A stretch of 32,591 nucleotides of DNA. Origin: Candidatus Thorarchaeota archaeon. GTDB lineage: Archaea > Asgardarchaeota > Thorarchaeia > Thorarchaeales > Thorarchaeaceae. The translations under genes and the position numbers were made by a program. Each line of letters starts with the position of its first letter. Within the stretch, counting starts at the first letter, position 1. The notes below the pieces were generated by a model. That model was not told the origin of the DNA. It was given only the letters and a program-made list of their open reading frames with translations, and searched no databases. Positions 6,875 to 15,755 of the stretch are shown here, piece by piece. Location: the NCBI GenBank assembly GCA_048884965.1, contig JBHLQH010000036.1, forward strand, positions 1-32,591, read 5' to 3'.

Positions 6875-9676
6875 TCATGATCGCCTCTCGAAGTTGTTTC
6901 TTTCTTCATTGATTTCCGCTACGGATTTGGAAAGGGTATCCCTGTTTTCTGCTGCTCCAACTACATACACAATTAGGCCTGTAAGAACACATAATCCTAT
7001 CAAATAGATGGCAATCGGCAGTACGGGTACCACTGTCAATATTGGGATTGGATATGCAGAGTAGGCAGTAGAGCTTGCTAGCATGAGTATCACAAACGAA
7101 TTCTGAAGAAACAGTGGCATACTTAGCAGGAGAAGAAACACTCCATGCAGGGTGAGCACATGTATCTCAATTTGATGAGCCGCCTTAAGATCTATGGGTG
7201 AAGCACCTAGTATTTGGAGGATAGAATCGTCTCGTCTTCTGCTCTCTTTTCCACTATACACATAGCTTAGATAGACACTTGGGAGAGCTATAATGACACA
7301 AAACAATACCATTGTATCGATAGCGCTTTCGAATACATATTCGCTTTCTGTAAGAATTCTCGCCGCATATTCCGATGCTGATGCATATCCGAATATGACA
7401 TCGCCCGGATTACATGCAAAAAGGGAATCTATCACTGCTCCTCCACTGACTTGGTCTGAGATGCGGGCGCATAGGAAAACACCATTGGCAAAAGCATCTT
7501 TGATCAGTCCTTGCTCATAGTCGTTTGAAACCCAAACTCTGCCTTTCCCAACTAAGAATTCTCCTGCTCCTACCTGAGGTGGATCATATCCCCTCCCAGT
7601 CACCATTGTATCCGGTAGGCATGTTACTACTTTTAGCAGATTGAATGTAATAGATATGACCTCTGTACCGTTGCTCCTAAATGCTCTGAGAAGGTCTCCT
7701 TCATCGAGTTCATACGTATCGGCTAGGTCTGAGGTAATAATTGCTCCTGCTGGATTCTCATCAAGAAGTGTGACGATTTCTGATAGATACGAGTTTTCAA
7801 GGGGAATACCTGTTTCATCATAAGCCACGGAATCTATGTCATCGGTGTCTATCACGGCGAAATCCACTGTATCTAATAGACTTGAGGACAATGAATAGCT
7901 ATAGACGTTCACCATGGTCGTTGACACGACACCAGGAACTAGACTGAGATTCTCCCGAACATCATCGAACATATCATAAAAATCTGCATCCAAATTGAAT
8001 GCTACATCCCCACTAAGTGCGAAACGAGCGTGTCCTAGTGCAGTATTTGGCAGAGTTGCATTTACAATGATGTTACTCCACATAAGACTTGTAACCAATG
8101 CAAAGACTAGAATCGTGAATCCTGATACTTTTCTATCCCGTCCAATTCTACGACCCCCGACTTCTGCGCCTATCCTTGGTAGGAACTTGCTAAGACCTTT
8201 TGATATATAGAATGAGCTTGTCTGGGCTGCCTTAGACAGCAGACTTGCAAGACCTATCATCAAAAAGACCGGTATCGTATATATTATTGCAGAAAATAGT
8301 GGTGTTCTTAGTATCTGGTTACCTACCTCCCAAAGCCCAAAAAGAAACCCAAAGGAGATTAGAACGACCAATGCATCCCATCGAAAGAATCGTAAGGCTC
8401 CAACAAAGCGTGCCAGCTTGCCAAGCTCGATATGTTCAGTATCTTTCTCTCGTGAACTGATACTGATTCCAGCAAAAGCAACCAAAGGTATGATGACTGC
8501 GTAAACAATGATGACTGCAAGTGACTCTAATGTAACAAGAACTGGCATCTCAGAAATCGATATGGTCCGGAGAACAAAGAAGCCCTCAGAAAGGAGCCCC
8601 ACACGACTGATAAGTATCCCCACACCAACTGATGCTGCAGCAGCCAGTAATGATAGTGAGAGAATTTCGCGAATCTTCACAAGAATAATCTGTCGGGATG
8701 ATGCTCCTCTTGCCAGTAGCAGCTCGGCTCTCTTTTCCTGTTTCTGTGAGTTGTAGCGAACAGTAGATACGGAAAGAATGACTCCAATAAAAATGGCAAT
8801 CTGTGATCTGATTAGCTGACTAGTCTTTGTTAATGCTGCTTTTTCGATATATCTTTGAATCCCTCTGCTTTGAATGTCATCCAATGAGAAAGTCGTGTGA
8901 TGAAACAGCTCATATTGAGGGTCCAGATAACGGACATCCTCCTCGATATCTGATAGATATGATAAGGCAGCCGCAGGCTGCAATGGGGACAGGAAATAGT
9001 CATTTACCTTTAGATAGGCATAATGCATTCGCTCTCTTTGACTAACGAATTCTGGCATAACAACAATATCACCAAGGTTGTAGTATGCATAATTTCTGTT
9101 ATCATCCTCCGGATGGTCAAATATGCCAACAACTCTGAAGAAGTGATACTCATGAACGAATCCGCTTTCAAATGTTACAATCGCTCCTAATTCAACCCCG
9201 TAAAAATCTATCAGCCATTGTGCCAGAGCGCACTCTATGTTCCTTGTTGGCCATCGTCCTTCAGTAATGTTGAATATTGATGGGAAATCTGTAAAGAGAT
9301 CCTGATTATTTTCGATGGCTGCAACTGTGAGATTGATATTCGGATCATGAGCTCCGCCACCCTGTGCGAGAGTGAATCCTTTTTCTGCCGTAGTCGTGGC
9401 ATTCTGATCTGGTGGGAATGCAACCAAAGAGCACCATGACTTCTCCATCTTGGCAACCCTCTCAATACCTGGGACACTCTCCAAGTCGTCCATAGAGGGA
9501 AGAACCTCTTCTGACTGCATGAACATGGTTGCAGGACCAACGTTAGTTTCGTAGTCCCAAGTATAGGTAGAGTATGAATCTAGGTAAATCAATAGACTGG
9601 CGAATATAATATTGGCTAGAATGAAGCATACCAGTGTTACTTGCTTTCGCCTCGATTCCTCCGACATTGAATTCAC
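6875..9676 (-). CDS. FtsX/MacB-like ABC transporter permease (paralog of the downstream gene)
   Basis: GRWPTRNIECAL (MacB periplasmic-core-like), ELLLARGASSRQI and RRRDDSILQILGAS (FtsX). Its stop codon directly abuts the ATG of 6874. Confidence 0.85.
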   Translation of the reverse strand: MNSMSEESRRKQVTLVCFILANIIFASLLIYLDSYSTYTWDYETNVGPATMFMQSEEVLPSMDDLESVPGIERVAKMEKSWCSLVAFPPDQNATTTAEKGFTLAQGGGAHDPNINLTVAAIENNQDLFTDFPSIFNITEGRWPTRNIECALAQWLIDFYGVELGAIVTFESGFVHEYHFFRVVGIFDHPEDDNRNYAYYNLGDIVVMPEFVSQRERMHYAYLKVNDYFLSPLQPAAALSYLSDIEEDVRYLDPQYELFHHTTFSLDDIQSRGIQRYIEKAALTKTSQLIRSQIAIFIGVILSVSTVRYNSQKQEKRAELLLARGASSRQIILVKIREILSLSLLAAAASVGVGILISRVGLLSEGFFVLRTISISEMPVLVTLESLAVIIVYAVIIPLVAFAGISISSREKDTEHIELGKLARFVGALRFFRWDALVVLISFGFLFGLWEVGNQILRTPLFSAIIYTIPVFLMIGLASLLSKAAQTSSFYISKGLSKFLPRIGAEVGGRRIGRDRKVSGFTILVFALVTSLMWSNIIVNATLPNTALGHARFALSGDVAFNLDADFYDMFDDVRENLSLVPGVVSTTMVNVYSYSLSSSLLDTVDFAVIDTDDIDSVAYDETGIPLENSYLSEIVTLLDENPAGAIITSDLADTYELDEGDLLRAFRSNGTEVISITFNLLKVVTCLPDTMVTGRGYDPPQVGAGEFLVGKGRVWVSNDYEQGLIKDAFANGVFLCARISDQVSGGAVIDSLFACNPGDVIFGYASASEYAARILTESEYVFESAIDTMVLFCVIIALPSVYLSYVYSGKESRRRDDSILQILGASPIDLKAAHQIEIHVLTLHGVFLLLLSMPLFLQNSFVILMLASSTAYSAYPIPILTVVPVLPIAIYLIGLCVLTGLIVYVVGAAENRDTLSKSVAEINEERNNFERRS

Positions 9677-9709
9677 ACCGTTAAGTGAGCCTCTAATAAA
9701 AACCCTTGT

Positions 9710-10684
9710 TTAAGCACTCCGTTTTGCAGTCTTTTTGAATTTAGCACGAGCCTTTTCCACGAGGTCATCCTTTCTATCAACATAGGGGATAAATAGTTCT
9801 CCTATTTCCAGCAAACCAACATTGTAGTCGATGATATCTTTCATGGTAGTATTGATTTCAAAGCCAATATAATGTCTGAAGGCTCCCTTACATGCTACTG
9901 CTGTTGTAGCATTTCCCATGAATGGATCCAGAACTAAATCTCCCGGTCTCGTGGAAAAGTCTACACATCGCATTACTAGTTCTGTCGGAAGCTTCGTCCC
10001 ATTCTTCTTCTCTCCCTTCTTGTAAGTTCTATTGATGTCCCACACATCGAGAGGGTAATGCTCAATCTTGTTGAAGTAGTAATCTTTGGGGTGCTTTGCG
10101 AGAAAGAGCAAGTGATAATGACTTGTTACAAATTTCCTCTTCGTGAACACGCCGAATTGATATTTCCATATTATATGGTTAATAAGTGAAAGATTTACCT
10201 TATCAATCGCATCAAGGACCTGACGAAGGTTTGTCCATCCACTGAATATCCATGCAGTCCCTGTCCTTTTTAGGATGCGAGGAAGTTCCTTCATCCACCT
10301 TATGGTGAAGGTATCATAGTCTTCTTCTATCTCATGATATCCTTCTGCAACAAGAGAATCATCTCGGTTATAGATTGCTTCCTTTCCGGTGAAAGATATC
10401 CCAAAAGGAGGATCTGCGATAATAACATCAACAGACTCAGTTGGAAGTTGCTTCATGCCTTTAATGCAATCTTGATAGTGTATCCTATCAACAGGAAAGG
10501 AGAATTCACGAGATCTATAGATTTGGCGGGCCTCCTCTTTTGTCCAATCCTCCGTTGGTTCAAACTCAGCAGCTGCCCTATGAGGAATATAGCGTGTCTT
10601 ACGCTTCTTTTTACTTCCGGATTCGGGATTCACATTGATACCCTCTAGGATGCTGCATATAAGAATCACTGGTGAATTGGTCAT
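9710..10684 (-). CDS. Site-specific DNA methyltransferase, N6-adenine/N4-cytosine, beta class
   Basis: Motif IV SVDVIIADPPF precedes motif I GDLVLDPFMGNATT; also DCIKGMKQL, TKLPTELV and YIGFEIN. Alternative start is GTG 10633, preceded by GAGG. Confidence 0.9.
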   Translation of the reverse strand: MTNSPVILICSILEGINVNPESGSKKKRKTRYIPHRAAAEFEPTEDWTKEEARQIYRSREFSFPVDRIHYQDCIKGMKQLPTESVDVIIADPPFGISFTGKEAIYNRDDSLVAEGYHEIEEDYDTFTIRWMKELPRILKRTGTAWIFSGWTNLRQVLDAIDKVNLSLINHIIWKYQFGVFTKRKFVTSHYHLLFLAKHPKDYYFNKIEHYPLDVWDINRTYKKGEKKNGTKLPTELVMRCVDFSTRPGDLVLDPFMGNATTAVACKGAFRHYIGFEINTTMKDIIDYNVGLLEIGELFIPYVDRKDDLVEKARAKFKKTAKRSA

Positions 10685-11367
10685 TGGAAAACATGCAACA
10701 TTGCCCTATTTCTCTTACCTCTGGTTCGGAGAATCTTCATCTTTCTTAGACAGTACGTGATCTTTTGTGCAATCCGCCTTGTACACCCAAGAGCCATTGC
10801 CAACTCTGTACTCGTGAATGGAACTACTAGGTCAGGAGGTAGTAATCCTACAAGATCCTGAGGGGTGGTGAACAAATGTCTTTCAGCGACATCGATTAAG
10901 CGACGGTCTACAACACTCCATCCTTTTCGTTTCCAGCTGCCTTTGCCATCTTTTTGCATGACTTGCTCTTCAAACACCTCAAGTACTTCAAGCTCGAAGT
11001 TGTGATGGACGAGTATTGTAGGGATACTAACGAGTTCCTCAAAGACCGCCAGCACATTGGAAGTCTTAGGTGATTTCCTCCTGCTGATCTCAGTGCCATC
11101 CAAACCTTCTCTGACTACCCACCTTACCCTGGGTACTGGATGAACAAGTCTAATCCGATGATTCGGAATCAATGCCATGAGCTTATCCTTCAGTGCTCCA
11201 AAGTTCCTAGTTTGAATCTCAATTAGGAGACCTTCTCTTACGATGTCGATCACATATCCCTCTACTTGAACCTCGAGTTCGTCCTCTGGTCTTCGATACC
11301 ATTCTTTCAGACTTGCATGAAGTGACCTCTCTGAGAGTGTGCCAATTCCAAAGTCCTCAGAAGACAT
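10681..11367 (-). CDS. PD-(D/E)XK-superfamily nuclease-like protein with C-terminal wHTH
   Basis: ERSLHASLK...EVQVEGYVIDIV...LIEIQT matches an E..H / D / ExQ variant of the restriction-endonuclease-like fold. C-terminal FTSTELAMALGCTRRIAQKITYCLRKM is HTH-like. Confidence 0.65.
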   Translation of the reverse strand: MSSEDFGIGTLSERSLHASLKEWYRRPEDELEVQVEGYVIDIVREGLLIEIQTRNFGALKDKLMALIPNHRIRLVHPVPRVRWVVREGLDGTEISRRKSPKTSNVLAVFEELVSIPTILVHHNFELEVLEVFEEQVMQKDGKGSWKRKGWSVVDRRLIDVAERHLFTTPQDLVGLLPPDLVVPFTSTELAMALGCTRRIAQKITYCLRKMKILRTRGKRNRAMLHVFQ

Positions 11368-11410
11368 ATGAATGAAGGATCACAGGTCGCATATCAGAGT
11401 TGCTAATACT

Positions 11411-11872
11411 CTAAACCCTCTTGACGAATATAGATGCCCCATCTGAAGGATAGAAGTCTGTAATGGTTGCAGTTTCCACGAACCCTAGTTTCTGATAGAA
11501 TTGTCTTGCCACCATATTGCCTTCTTCCATGAACAGAAATATCCTTCTGAGCGCATAGTCCTTAGATGCAAACTTGTTCTTGGCATCAGACAGGACTTGA
11601 TTCACCAACCTAGTGGCGATCCCCCTTCTTTGATATTCGGCATTCACTCCCAATCCGATAATCTCAATGATTCCATCATTCAATCCCCCTCGAATCGCCC
11701 ATGATACTGTTCCGCACAGAATGTCATCATCGAAACAGAGGATAGTTTCCATTTGTGATAGTAGATCATGTGCAAAGGCCTCAGCCCGTTCACTATGAGG
11801 CTCAACTTCAGTCATGTACATATTCTTCAGTACAGCAAAATCAGTTTTGATGGCCTTTCGAAGTAGAATCAT
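11411..11872 (-). CDS. GNAT-family N-acetyltransferase (RimI-like)
   Basis: IIGLGVNAEYQRRGIATRLV (acetyl-CoA motif A) and NMVARQFYQKLGF (motif B). Start placed at ATG 11872 (MILLRKA), which begins the GNAT fold; the ORF-track start is 11926. Confidence 0.88.
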   Translation of the reverse strand: MILLRKAIKTDFAVLKNMYMTEVEPHSERAEAFAHDLLSQMETILCFDDDILCGTVSWAIRGGLNDGIIEIIGLGVNAEYQRRGIATRLVNQVLSDAKNKFASKDYALRRIFLFMEEGNMVARQFYQKLGFVETATITDFYPSDGASIFVKRV

Positions 11873-11934
11873 GAATACTTTCTGTAGAAGTGATACATAT
11901 TCATGTTTTGGCTTCTGCATTGCCAAATAGGAAT

Positions 11935-11977
11935 ATAAAAAAACAGAGCGGAGGTCTCTTTGGAGAATCGAGACCTC
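11935..11977 (-). terminator. Hairpin plus oligo-U terminator of the tusA-dsrE-iscS-iscU operon
   Basis: Perfect 8-bp stem GAGGTCTC/GAGACCTC (11951-11958 / 11970-11977) just after the iscU stop, followed on the minus strand by T7. Confidence 0.7.
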
Positions 11978-11985
11978 GTCACATT

Positions 11986-12765
11986 CTATTCGATGATGAG
12001 GACTGCATCAACAAAGAGCTCGTAGTCTTCGTCCTCGTCAAGATTTCGAATCAAGACCTTCTCTACCTCATCGTCCCCCCTTATCTCAAGGAGTTTTGAT
12101 TCGTAGAGGACCTTCACAGATGAATTTTCTAATTCCTGTTTCAATTCTTCTGTTGTAATGATTTCCTTCTCTGGAGTCAGGAGTATGACACGATCGGTCA
12201 CATCAGTTAGCTCTAAGGCCGCATCTATAGATTCATCCCCTGAATGTAGCACCAAGGTTCTCATATCTCTGAAGGGCTCTGTGTTTTCTACAGAGAGAAA
12301 TACGCCTTTATCTAGGAACTCATCCTGACCTATTAGGCAAACGGATTCGCTCGCGCGCTCCTCAGTTTCTTCCTCGACAAGCTCTCCTCGCCCTTTTCTA
12401 TAGCTCTTGATGGCTTCGTGTAAGGCATCAGCAGCAAGATTCGAGCAGTGCATCTTGATTGGCGGAAGTCCATCGAGCTCGTCGGCAACATCTTGCCTTG
12501 TGAGTTTCATGGCTTCATCTAGTGTCATCCCTACAACCATCTCAGTTGTCATACTCGTCGTAGCGATGGCTGAACCACATCCAAATGTTCTGAACCTTGC
12601 TTCAGTTATCTTGTCGTCATCTATTCTGATGAACATCTCCATAATGTCGCCACATGTAGGATTTCCAACCTTGCCGTAGGCAACATCGTCCCCTTCTAGT
12701 GTACCAACATTCCTTGGATTACGAAAGTGGTCGAGGACTTTTTCCGAATACTTTGTTGATTTCAT
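11986..12765 (-). CDS. iscU: Fe-S cluster scaffold IscU/NifU-N fused to a degenerate thioredoxin-reductase-like NAD(P)-binding domain
   Basis: YSEKVLDHFRNPRNVG, GNPTCGD (C38, D40), FGCGSAIA (C63), LPPIKMHCS (H106, C107). Residues ~143-259 resemble the TrxB NADPH domain (GQDEFLDKGV...IRGDDEVEKVLIRN...ELFVDAVLI). Confidence 0.9.
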   Translation of the reverse strand: MKSTKYSEKVLDHFRNPRNVGTLEGDDVAYGKVGNPTCGDIMEMFIRIDDDKITEARFRTFGCGSAIATTSMTTEMVVGMTLDEAMKLTRQDVADELDGLPPIKMHCSNLAADALHEAIKSYRKGRGELVEEETEERASESVCLIGQDEFLDKGVFLSVENTEPFRDMRTLVLHSGDESIDAALELTDVTDRVILLTPEKEIITTEELKQELENSSVKVLYESKLLEIRGDDEVEKVLIRNLDEDEDYELFVDAVLIIE

Positions 12766-13947
12766 TTACTTTACCCCCGTTGTTTCTGATTGTGTATAGA
12801 TTGGTGAAAGTTCACGAAGACGTGTAACTATCGGCGGTACCGCTTCAAGTACCGCATCGATGTCAGATTCCTCGTTGTATCTACCAGTAGTAATCTGTAG
12901 CGAACCATGGGCTTCCTCATGCAATAGACCTGTTGCAATGAGGGTATGGGATGGCTCGAGAGTCTTTGATGTACATGCTGAACCAGTTGAGATGGCGATG
13001 TTCTTGTCCTTGAACATTAGTAAGATTGACTCTCCTTCAATACCATCAAATCTAAAGTGCGAATTGCTGGCAAGGCGATCGATAGGATGCCCGTTTAGGT
13101 GGCTGTCAGGGATCTCAAGTATTGTATCGATTATTCTTCTCTGCCACCTCCTATATCTTGAAACTTCAGACTCCATTTCTTCATCCATTATTTGCGCAGC
13201 CTTTGCCATGCCCACAATGGATGCCATGTCTTCCGTTCCTGATCTGATACCTTTCTCCTGTCCGCCTCCCATCATGACTGGATTGACTCTAAACTTCTTC
13301 TGCATGAACAGAACACCAAGACCCTTCGGTCCGTAGATATCATTAGAGGAGAGAGACATCAAGTTGATTTTGTCCCGTTCAACGTCTATCGGAACCAGTC
13401 CCTCTGCAGCGACAGCATCTGAATGGAACGCGATTCCTTTCTCCTCTGCCAATTCTCCTATTGCCTTTACGTTCTGGATTGTACCAATCTCATTACTCGC
13501 GTAGCCAATTGATAGCAAGATGGTTTCATCCTTGATGCGTTTCTCTAACTTGGTCAGCTTCACTCGCCCATATTGGTCCACAGGGACCTTAGAAACCTCA
13601 AACCCATTCTGAGTTAGATACTTGGCAATATTATGTATCGACACATGTTCGATTTCGGATATAATCACATGATTTCCTTTTCTCTTGTTCTTCAACGCAT
13701 ATCCAACTATACCGAGGTTATTTGCCTCAGTTGCACCAGATGTGAAGATAATGTCATCAGAATCAGCATTTATGAATCTGGCAATCTTTTCTCTGCTTGC
13801 CTCCAGCGCATCGGTTGCCACATCACCTACCTTGTGGAGCGATGACGGGTTGCCGAATCTCTCGGTGAACCATGGTAGCATTTCTTCTACTACTCGAGAA
13901 TCGACTGGTTTTGCAGTGTGATAATCCAGGTAAATTTGTTTGTCCAA
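12766..13947 (-). CDS. iscS: IscS/NifS-family protein with the PLP-lysine position replaced by Asp
   Basis: IYLDY, FGNPSSLH, FTSGATEANN, SNEIGTIQ, GGGQEKGIRSGT and STGSACTS (C325) are present. SLSSNDIYGPKG replaces the canonical S-x-H-K-x-Y-G-P-K-G. Confidence 0.92.
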   Translation of the reverse strand: MDKQIYLDYHTAKPVDSRVVEEMLPWFTERFGNPSSLHKVGDVATDALEASREKIARFINADSDDIIFTSGATEANNLGIVGYALKNKRKGNHVIISEIEHVSIHNIAKYLTQNGFEVSKVPVDQYGRVKLTKLEKRIKDETILLSIGYASNEIGTIQNVKAIGELAEEKGIAFHSDAVAAEGLVPIDVERDKINLMSLSSNDIYGPKGLGVLFMQKKFRVNPVMMGGGQEKGIRSGTEDMASIVGMAKAAQIMDEEMESEVSRYRRWQRRIIDTILEIPDSHLNGHPIDRLASNSHFRFDGIEGESILLMFKDKNIAISTGSACTSKTLEPSHTLIATGLLHEEAHGSLQITTGRYNEESDIDAVLEAVPPIVTRLRELSPIYTQSETTGVK

Positions 13948-13959
13948 TCACATCCACCC

Positions 13960-14313
13960 CTAGAACCACATTGTGGTATCTGCTTCTAGGGCAAGGTCAT
14001 TCAAGGTTGCAGCGCCAACGATTTTCAAAGCGGGGTCAAGCTCCACTTTATCCCATCCTAGCATCCGTTTTGATGCCTCACAAACATATATGGGGATTCC
14101 CATGCTAATTGTCTGTTTAATGATGTCTGCTAAACTTGGGAAGTCGCCTGCTTTGATCTTTTCAGCTGCCCCCGGCTGAAGGATTCGTAGGGCTTGTCCC
14201 AAAAAGTAGACCTTTGCATCGATATCCATTGCTTTCGCGCTTTGAGCGAGCACAAATGGAGAATACTGACGCTCTGGGTCATCACTTGTCTGTACATATA
14301 ATATCGAACTCAT
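13960..14313 (-). CDS. DsrE/TusD-like sulfur-carrier protein
   Basis: 117 aa; VYFLGQAL and GIPIYVCEAS with a single Cys78 at the DsrE/TusD active position; C-terminal GAATLNDLALEADTTMWF typical of DsrE-like proteins. Confidence 0.85.
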   Translation of the reverse strand: MSSILYVQTSDDPERQYSPFVLAQSAKAMDIDAKVYFLGQALRILQPGAAEKIKAGDFPSLADIIKQTISMGIPIYVCEASKRMLGWDKVELDPALKIVGAATLNDLALEADTTMWF

Positions 14314-14319
14314 TTCTCA

Positions 14320-14562
14320 CTACTCCTTTCTTCTCAATAGGAATCTCTGTACGCCATCGTCCATCTTCTCATAGCTGATTAGGATATGTCCCGTTCTTTT
14401 TGCGAATCGTTTGATGTCTTCTTCTGCCGCTGGATCATCAGCCAGCAGCTCTAGGACCTGTCCTGGCGCTAGCTGATCGATTGCTTCTCTCGTCTGAAAG
14501 AGTGGTTGTGGACAGTATAATCCGACACAGTCTATTGTTTCGTCTGGCTCTACAGGTTTCAT
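14320..14562 (-). CDS. tusA: TusA/SirA-family sulfur carrier
   Basis: IDCVGLYCPQP (CPxP motif), GQVLELLADDPAAEEDI, and C-terminal FLLRR. Confidence 0.92.
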   Translation of the reverse strand: MKPVEPDETIDCVGLYCPQPLFQTREAIDQLAPGQVLELLADDPAAEEDIKRFAKRTGHILISYEKMDDGVQRFLLRRKE

Positions 14563-14651
14563 CTCAATTCCACTATCAATTGTTTCTCAGTAATTCATTA
14601 TAGTTAATTCGCTTATAATCTTATGGAAGTTGCTAAGGCATCTCCATGCTA

Positions 14652-15755
14652 CTATATGGTGGCGAACTCGAAAAATCGTTCAATTATTTTATCAAACTCC
14701 TTGCTAGTCTTCTTCTCGACATAATCTATCTGACTGAGTTGATAGTATCTTTCAAACGAATCAATTGAAAGCCTCAGAAGCTTCCTTGTCAATTCTGAAC
14801 TTTGGCGAGCAATCAAGATGCCATATGTATGGATGCCCTCTTGTACAATCATCTCTTGGTCTCCTACAAGGATACTCTCAACCTCACCTTTTCCTAACGT
14901 ATGCTTGACAAAATGCTTGATCCCTGTGAAGAAGGCTGAGAGAATCTCCAATCCTTCAACTCTTCCAACTTTGAACTTGAAGTGATAGAGTGGTAGACCG
15001 CTATCTTGCTTGATGATATACAGCTCGCTGATTTCCTGTGCTCCTATGAATAGGATTGTTGGATGCTTGTGAAACAAGATTGTAGCGAGAAGCACAAAAA
15101 GAGCGATATCAAGGACGAGTGCTGATGGATGGAATAGAGGTAGAAAAACAGGTGGCATGATAGTATGAACTGGTTGGACTATCAAGATGCTTGAGGTGAA
15201 TACAATTGTTGACCAGAATAAGACCTTGATCATGGTATCCTTCTGGAAGAAGCTCCATAGCCGTCTGTAGAGCCTTATTCCAAGAGGTATTGCAGATATC
15301 ACGACGGTTGAAAATAGAATAAACCGTCCGAATTCGAATTCCATCGAGTAGTCAACTACCCATCCAAACGATGTCCAAGAGACTGAAATGGCTGGGGGTG
15401 AGAATGTTCCCACTATGAGACCTCCTGAGAAGAGGAATGCTATGTTTGTCAACATCGATCTACTATCACTCTTGACACTCTCCATTGCGGAAATCATTAA
15501 GCCAAGAGCTAGGAATCCAAATGGTCGCAGGAAGTACTGAGATCCTCTGATGACAGCATAGTACTCTGGAGCGCTGAGAAGTCCCATCAGCAGAGAGGGT
15601 ATCGTCCACATCACAATGCATGTCGAAAATCCATTCGCGTATTGATAGAATCTGGTTCCAATAGTATTGTACAACCGCCGTGTTTGATACACTGAAACAA
15701 GACTTATGCTCAATAGACTGATTGCTGCAAGAGTCATCTGCATATCAACTGCCAT
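14652..15755 (-). CDS. 7TM membrane protein with C-terminal longin-like domain
   Basis: Seven hydrophobic segments in residues ~7-228, then LYIIKQDSGLPLYHFKF...LSAFFTGIKHFVKHTL...VESILVGDQEMIVQEGIHTYGILIA...LRLSIDSFERYY...FDKIIERFF (beta-beta-alpha-beta-beta-beta-alpha-alpha pattern). Confidence 0.72.
   Translation of the reverse strand: MAVDMQMTLAAISLLSISLVSVYQTRRLYNTIGTRFYQYANGFSTCIVMWTIPSLLMGLLSAPEYYAVIRGSQYFLRPFGFLALGLMISAMESVKSDSRSMLTNIAFLFSGGLIVGTFSPPAISVSWTSFGWVVDYSMEFEFGRFILFSTVVISAIPLGIRLYRRLWSFFQKDTMIKVLFWSTIVFTSSILIVQPVHTIMPPVFLPLFHPSALVLDIALFVLLATILFHKHPTILFIGAQEISELYIIKQDSGLPLYHFKFKVGRVEGLEILSAFFTGIKHFVKHTLGKGEVESILVGDQEMIVQEGIHTYGILIARQSSELTRKLLRLSIDSFERYYQLSQIDYVEKKTSKEFDKIIERFFEFATI

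Noticed and set aside
11951-11977. Hairpin as a SECIS element
   Set aside because: No in-frame UGA at a Cys-equivalent position in the upstream operon and no SECIS core motif; the following U-tract fits a terminator.
11927-12340. TrxB-like segment as a frameshifted thioredoxin reductase pseudogene
   Set aside because: It is in frame with IscU, covers just one structural domain and is followed by a terminator; I saw no FAD-domain remnants on either side.
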